Virus record (IMG/VR): IMGVR_UViG_3300042475_001011 | Location: 1 to 24,558 of that record | Strand: one strand, 5' to 3' | Origin: a virus | Lineage: Duplodnaviria > Caudoviricetes | DNA length: 24,558 nucleotides | In this document: in pieces, positions 19,782 through 24,558 of the stretch | Numbering within the stretch: the first letter of the stretch is position 1 | Layout of the letters: each line of letters starts with the position of its first letter | Translations under genes and position numbers: made by a program | Notes under the pieces: generated by a model | Told to the model about the DNA's origin: nothing | Database searches by the model: none | What the model saw: only the letters and a program-made list of their open reading frames with translations

Positions 19782-22009
19782 CAGTAACCTCGAACATCAC
19801 CAAAGTCCGCGTTCAGCATGACCCGCCCGGTCTGATAGTCACCGCCAACAGTGTTGGACTCAAACTTCAACCGAAGCTCGCGCCTTTGCTCCTTCATGTC
19901 GATCTTGTTGGTATCAGGATCAAACACGTAAGGATCCGAAGTGTAGTCTTCAGACTGAGCGTAAGGCCGTCCAGTAACATAGAGCCTCATCTCGCCCGTC
20001 ATGACAAAGTCAGGCTCAACCCGTTCAAGCCTCAACCACTTGTTGGCGCCTTCAGGTGCTACTTGACTCGGCCCCCCAGATACCCATCCCAGATCATTGG
20101 TCTCAAAGTAGCTCTCGATCGCAGTCACCGACGATCCGTCGATGTGATCCGTACCAAACTCGTGCTGGTAGACCTTGATCAGATCGGGCTTGGTCTTGAA
20201 CTCGATGAGAGGCGTACTCGTGGACGTTGCCGCGGCAGACAGTTTGATGGACTGCACATACAGCGCCGCCACCGGCACCGAGAAACCCGCTCCAGAACCG
20301 CCTAGATTCGTGTTGGAGGCGCTCAAAGCATCACCCACTAGATAGCCACCACCGCGGTTCTTCATCGTCACTACGGTCACAGATCCGCCAGCCACAGTGA
20401 TGTCGGCCGTTGCAGAGAACCCAGAGCCTCCTGTCAACGGAACAGCCGTGTAGCTGCCATTCACATACCCCGAGCCCCCAGTGATCGTTCCCAGCGTCTG
20501 TATCACACTCGTCTGGATAGCCAGCACATAGGCCCCAGAAGGAATCCCTGTGGCCACTGCGACCAGATTTACTGCCACGTCTGGATTGAGCGTGGTCAGG
20601 TAGATCATGTCAGATGTATTGGTGATGTCGGCAGTCAGGGATGTGACGCTGATCTCTTCAGTGACCTCCCAATCGGCCGCTATGGGGTAGGCAAACACCT
20701 GGGAGAAGTACCCTGCCGATCGCCTCGCTCCAATAGCAGAGCCAGCGTCGTACCAGCAGTTCTCGCGCACGTTGTAGATGATGGCATCGTTGCACTCCGT
20801 CGAGTCGCCTCGAGGATAGAACCACCAGACCTCCCCAAACCGCGGAACCTTCGTCGCCCAAACCTTCTGCCTTTGGCTGTAGTTCAGGTTGTCAAAGAAG
20901 TAGTTCTGGTTCATCGGGTTAGGGATCTCTTTGACCACCCCGTTGTACAGCAAGAACCTGTCTACCCCGATCCAATAGTAGATGCCGTCGTACTCAATCA
21001 CACAGGACGAGGACAGAATCGACGATTGGCTGGTGACGATGTCATAACGCCAAAACGTAGGCGCAGCAAAGTTAGGCGTACCAGATACACCCAGCGTCTG
21101 GGGGGCATAGGACACGCGTATCAGGCTATCTGTGCTCCAAAACAGCCCTGATGGAGAGTTTGATCCACCTCGCACCGGGAGACCCTTAACGATCTTCCCA
21201 GACGCCACGTTGACTTCGTTGGCGTCAGCAGACACCCAGTCATTAGCATTGGCTGCAGAACAGTTCCTGATCAGCCCATCATTGCCGTACACGAACACAT
21301 ACGGATGAAGAACAACCACCCCACCAGAGACAGAGACGCTGTTGTTGAAAGTGGCCGTTACCACGCTAGAACCCGTCGCGGCCGCAGACATGGTGATGTT
21401 CAAGCCTGAGACAGAGACCACCGTCGTGCCGGGAGGAATGTTCGTACCCGAGATGACCTGCCCAGCGCCCACCAAAGTGTTGGTTGCACCCAAGACCGCA
21501 GTGGTCGTTGCATTGAGCGTCACAGAGGCTGTAAACACTCCAATCTGCGACATGGTCGTGCCATTGATGTCGCCGATCAATACTGGCGTATTGGCCGTTG
21601 AATCGATTGCAGCAAGGTTCTGGCCTGGATGAGCCACTAACGATGCCGATCCGCTCCCGCTGACGTCTTTGAAGCCGTCGAACTGCCAGAGGTTGTTGGC
21701 GCTTGCAGTGAAGTTGGAGAGGGTGAAATCAAGCACCCCTGCACCAACACCGTTGTTGTCGATCTGGAGCTCTTGCAGGCCAGATGAGTAGCCGCTAAAG
21801 ACGAAGTTGAACGAGTTCTGAGCGCTCACCCAGATGCCTCGAGAAGGACCGGACAACTGATCCGATATGCGACGATAACCCGCTACCTTGCGAGGCCTGC
21901 CGCGCTGGAACCGGACCCACTGCCCATCGGTGTAAAACTGCTTGTCAAAGACAGTACCGTCTCTCTGAACTCCAGGCTCAGTATCAAGCGCAAAGACCTT
22001 CTGAGTCAT
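19781..22009 (-). CDS. Tail nozzle / tubular-B / DNA-stabilisation-like protein, 742 aa
   Basis: ATG 22009 (TGATG overlap). PGVQRDGT, WVRFQRGRPRK, YWIG.D.F..YNG.V, EVWWFYP....ECN.AIIYN..E..WY; beta-propeller-like; position in the tail module. Confidence 0.75.
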   Translation of the reverse strand: MTQKVFALDTEPGVQRDGTVFDKQFYTDGQWVRFQRGRPRKVAGYRRISDQLSGPSRGIWVSAQNSFNFVFSGYSSGLQELQIDNNGVGAGVLDFTLSNFTASANNLWQFDGFKDVSGSGSASLVAHPGQNLAAIDSTANTPVLIGDINGTTMSQIGVFTASVTLNATTTAVLGATNTLVGAGQVISGTNIPPGTTVVSVSGLNITMSAAATGSSVVTATFNNSVSVSGGVVVLHPYVFVYGNDGLIRNCSAANANDWVSADANEVNVASGKIVKGLPVRGGSNSPSGLFWSTDSLIRVSYAPQTLGVSGTPNFAAPTFWRYDIVTSQSSILSSSCVIEYDGIYYWIGVDRFLLYNGVVKEIPNPMNQNYFFDNLNYSQRQKVWATKVPRFGEVWWFYPRGDSTECNDAIIYNVRENCWYDAGSAIGARRSAGYFSQVFAYPIAADWEVTEEISVTSLTADITNTSDMIYLTTLNPDVAVNLVAVATGIPSGAYVLAIQTSVIQTLGTITGGSGYVNGSYTAVPLTGGSGFSATADITVAGGSVTVVTMKNRGGGYLVGDALSASNTNLGGSGAGFSVPVAALYVQSIKLSAAATSTSTPLIEFKTKPDLIKVYQHEFGTDHIDGSSVTAIESYFETNDLGWVSGGPSQVAPEGANKWLRLERVEPDFVMTGEMRLYVTGRPYAQSEDYTSDPYVFDPDTNKIDMKEQRRELRLKFESNTVGGDYQTGRVMLNADFGDVRGY

Positions 22010-23253
22010 CAGAAGACTCCACCGCTGACACCGCCAGAAAAGATCCCAGTACCTGTTACAGACACTCCTGAAGCCGTCCAACCAGCTACTTTTGAGCCGA
22101 GAACAGTAATGCCCATCTCTCCTGCTCCAGGCCTATAAATGCCCGTTGAACTCTCAGCAGAGAAATTCAATGATGGTGAAGAAACACTGCCGTTGGCAAG
22201 CGTCACGTTTGTAGCGCCCGCAGCAATCGTCGAAGCGTTGTATATGTTCTGTGAGTCACACAGCAAGATTACCTGTTGACCAGCAGGCACTATTGCCGTC
22301 TGAGATCCACTTGCGCCTGTAGTGAAAGTGATTGTGAATCCAGCACCCGTACCATTGGTCTGATTGGTGATGTAGTACACCGCCACTGTCTGCGGGATGG
22401 TGACCGTTACATTCGCAGTCAAAGTCCCAGTGAACTTTTGAATCGGGCTTGCGGCTTCTGCGGCAGTCAGCGTATAACTGCCAGTAACAACCGCCTTTGT
22501 GTTCTGGCTGAAATTGAAGACCGTGCTTCTTCCCACACCGACAGTGAAGAAAGCAGAACCAGAGCAACAGATGATCGCGGAATCACTAGGCTGGAGGTCA
22601 AGGCTGGACGACCCATTGATCAGTTCAGATCCAGCAGGATCAATTGCAAGCGTCCCAGTACCGCCGTTGCGTACTAAAACAAACCAGTTGTCCCCCAGCG
22701 TGCCGGAAGCAGTCAACGATAGCGTTCCTGCTCCACCAGTCCAAACCAGCGTACTGGCTCGATCCGCTGCAACTGCGGTGTAGCTTGAGGAGAACGTTGT
22801 AACCGGATGCGCCGTGTTCAACGTGTTGGTCAGGACCGTCAGCCCATACCCCTCCAACGTGTTTGCATCAGCCGTCGAACTCCCCACACCAAACGCGATG
22901 TTCCCCCAAGTCCCTTGCTCGTCAGGATTGGTGGTGATGTAGATGTACCGGGTTTCCCCTGCCGCTATGGTGATGATGGACGACAGCCCATCGTAGGTCT
23001 TCACCGTAAACGAGTTCGCGCCAATGTTGCGGATTAGCGCGTCGTTGCCTACAGACGTCTGATTGGCGGGCGGCATCCACAGAGACAAACCACTCGTCGT
23101 GGCGGTGACCTGCATGATCCGCGCTGCATAGTCATCCGTCGCGTTGCCGTTGATCGGCCACTGAAGCTGAGTGTTAGCAGACAGCGTGATGCTGCGGTAC
23201 GAAACGTCAGTCGGCTGAATGACTGTTCCGGTGAAGGGTGAGTTGAAACTCAT
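22009..23253 (-). CDS. Tail fibre/spike-like structural protein, 414 aa
   Basis: Thr/Ser/Gly-rich beta-type composition; NGS.S.PSLNF...STGIYR motif; lies between adaptor and nozzle genes. Confidence 0.65.
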   Translation of the reverse strand: MSFNSPFTGTVIQPTDVSYRSITLSANTQLQWPINGNATDDYAARIMQVTATTSGLSLWMPPANQTSVGNDALIRNIGANSFTVKTYDGLSSIITIAAGETRYIYITTNPDEQGTWGNIAFGVGSSTADANTLEGYGLTVLTNTLNTAHPVTTFSSSYTAVAADRASTLVWTGGAGTLSLTASGTLGDNWFVLVRNGGTGTLAIDPAGSELINGSSSLDLQPSDSAIICCSGSAFFTVGVGRSTVFNFSQNTKAVVTGSYTLTAAEAASPIQKFTGTLTANVTVTIPQTVAVYYITNQTNGTGAGFTITFTTGASGSQTAIVPAGQQVILLCDSQNIYNASTIAAGATNVTLANGSVSSPSLNFSAESSTGIYRPGAGEMGITVLGSKVAGWTASGVSVTGTGIFSGGVSGGVF

Positions 23254-23889
23254 TTAGGAGTCCTTCGCAACGGCTTGCCGATCGCCCAGGCGCAGCACAT
23301 CTTCCGTCTGCAATGTGCTCACAACCTGACCGTACTGCGCTTGCCACATTGGAACACGATCATCGTTCTTGAGGAATGGCATCGCCTGCAAGAGAGAGCC
23401 ATACAACAACGCCTGGGGAGCGTAGATCGTGAACCAGTTCGTCTGGTTCGAGGAGTCCAACGGCTGCAAACGCTCGTAGTACAGCACCTCGAAGTTGTAC
23501 GCACTCGTAGGAGTAGGAGCTACCAACCAGTGCGTGTAGTCGTAGTCGCAGTAGTACAGCGGCACATCCGTTTGTGTGGGATCCGGCCAATACTCCCGCA
23601 AGTACTCGTACTTCCTCAAGAACACCGGCCGGCGCTCGCCATCAACCGTCACGTTCATCGAGACAGTCTTCCTCCAACGAGCCGGCTTATCGATGACCGG
23701 TTGATTTGCGACCATTGTGGATTGCGACACGGTCATGTTCCCCAAGAACTTCAGGTCTGTGGCCAAGACTTGCTCGGCGAGCATGATGAAGGTCGGGATC
23801 TTGTCAATCGTAGCTTGGTCTGTGCGCTCTAGATATGTCTCAATGTCAGCGGCCAAGCTGTCATACGTCATCACTGCTGCGACTGGCAT
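23254..23889 (-). CDS. Head-tail adaptor / tail tubular protein A-like, 211 aa
   Basis: TYDSL..DI..YLER, IPTFI.LAE, APTP..AY..E..YY and TNW....AP..LLYGSL..A.PFLKND.R pattern. Confidence 0.75.
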   Translation of the reverse strand: MPVAAVMTYDSLAADIETYLERTDQATIDKIPTFIMLAEQVLATDLKFLGNMTVSQSTMVANQPVIDKPARWRKTVSMNVTVDGERRPVFLRKYEYLREYWPDPTQTDVPLYYCDYDYTHWLVAPTPTSAYNFEVLYYERLQPLDSSNQTNWFTIYAPQALLYGSLLQAMPFLKNDDRVPMWQAQYGQVVSTLQTEDVLRLGDRQAVAKDS

Positions 23890-23890
23890 A

Positions 23891-24283
23891 TCACCACACC
23901 TTTTTCTTGATTGACTCAGGCTGAGACACGAACTGCTTACCCTGTTTCATCCCTTCCCGTTTCGCCCGAGAAGTGGCTCCGTACTCAGCAGGAGTCAGCT
24001 TTTCAATCTTGGCTTTGGGCAGATATCTTTCACCCGTAGCCTCTGAGCCTTGAGTAGAGGGCTTACCAGACTTGGTGCCCCACTCCTCTTTAGTCCACTT
24101 ACTTAGGGAATTATCGGCTTTCTTGGGGCCTTTGTAACCACCTCCGGAAGCCTTGTACTTCTGGGTGGCTAGTTGAGCCTTACGAGCGCTCCACTGCCCC
24201 GAAGAACCGCCTTTATCGGAGGCCTTGACAGAAGCAACTATGCGCTTCCATTTGCTAGGGTCAGACTTGACAGCAGTGCTCAT
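23891..24283 (-). CDS. Small basic protein, DUF5872-like, 130 aa
   Basis: GQWSARKAQL, YK.SGGGY, SL.KWT.E.W.T and ERYLPK motifs; very Lys-rich. Confidence 0.7.
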   Translation of the reverse strand: MSTAVKSDPSKWKRIVASVKASDKGGSSGQWSARKAQLATQKYKASGGGYKGPKKADNSLSKWTKEEWGTKSGKPSTQGSEATGERYLPKAKIEKLTPAEYGATSRAKREGMKQGKQFVSQPESIKKKVW

Positions 24284-24285
24284 AG

Positions 24286-24558
24286 TTACCCCAGCAGTGC
24301 CGACTCGGCGGCTCTACGCTTGACCAGACCGGGCAATACTTTGCCGCCGCCGCGTACCCACAGGGCCAACTGCTCCTTGGCACCTTCCCAGTCCTGCTCG
24401 TCAATCTTGCGCCGCAGGGTGCTGCCGCGATACCGGGCCACGCCAAGATTGTAAGCAAAGTCGGCCATAGCACCAAGGGCTTTGGGGTAAGCAATCAAAC
24501 TCGGCGAAGCCTTCAAAACCCCCGCCAGATAGTTTGTTTGTAGCTCAGACAGCAACCA
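24286..24558 (-). CDS. Endolysin, GH24 phage lysozyme (C-terminal part; 5' end outside window)
   Basis: A..DFAYNLG, STLRRK and WV..GGKVLPGLV.RR.AE motifs. Frame is open to the window edge. Confidence 0.9.
   Translation of the reverse strand, partial: WLLSELQTNYLAGVLKASPSLIAYPKALGAMADFAYNLGVARYRGSTLRRKIDEQDWEGAKEQLALWVRGGGKVLPGLVKRRAAESALLG

Overview
Fragment of a tailed dsDNA bacteriophage genome, probably podovirus-like with a proteobacterial host (inferred from gene families). It has three blocks. (1) A leftward replication/recombination operon (5336->595): Cro/YdaS-like HTH, two tandem DUF1376/YdaU-type proteins, DUF6475, RuvC-like resolvase, an isolated GDP-mannose 3,5-epimerase-like enzyme and a Ref-like HNH nuclease, followed by a separately promoted cassette of tiny genes. 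(2) A rightward early block (5448->9932): small hypotheticals, a putative SSB and a PD-(D/E)XK exonuclease. No CI repressor lies at the divergence. (3) A leftward late operon (24558->10016): endolysin, tail adaptor/nozzle/fibre-like genes and four probable ejection proteins, including a 1789-aa protein that is about 40% Gly-Ser/Gly-Thr repeats. Most notable signals are a C4/CI-like three-stem RNA whose loop is complementary to the initiator's ribosome-binding region, iteron-like repeats inside the initiator, the orphan epimerase, the giant repeat protein and a hairpin cluster with an anti-SD loop at the late terminator. All family names come from motif recognition by eye; no searches were run.
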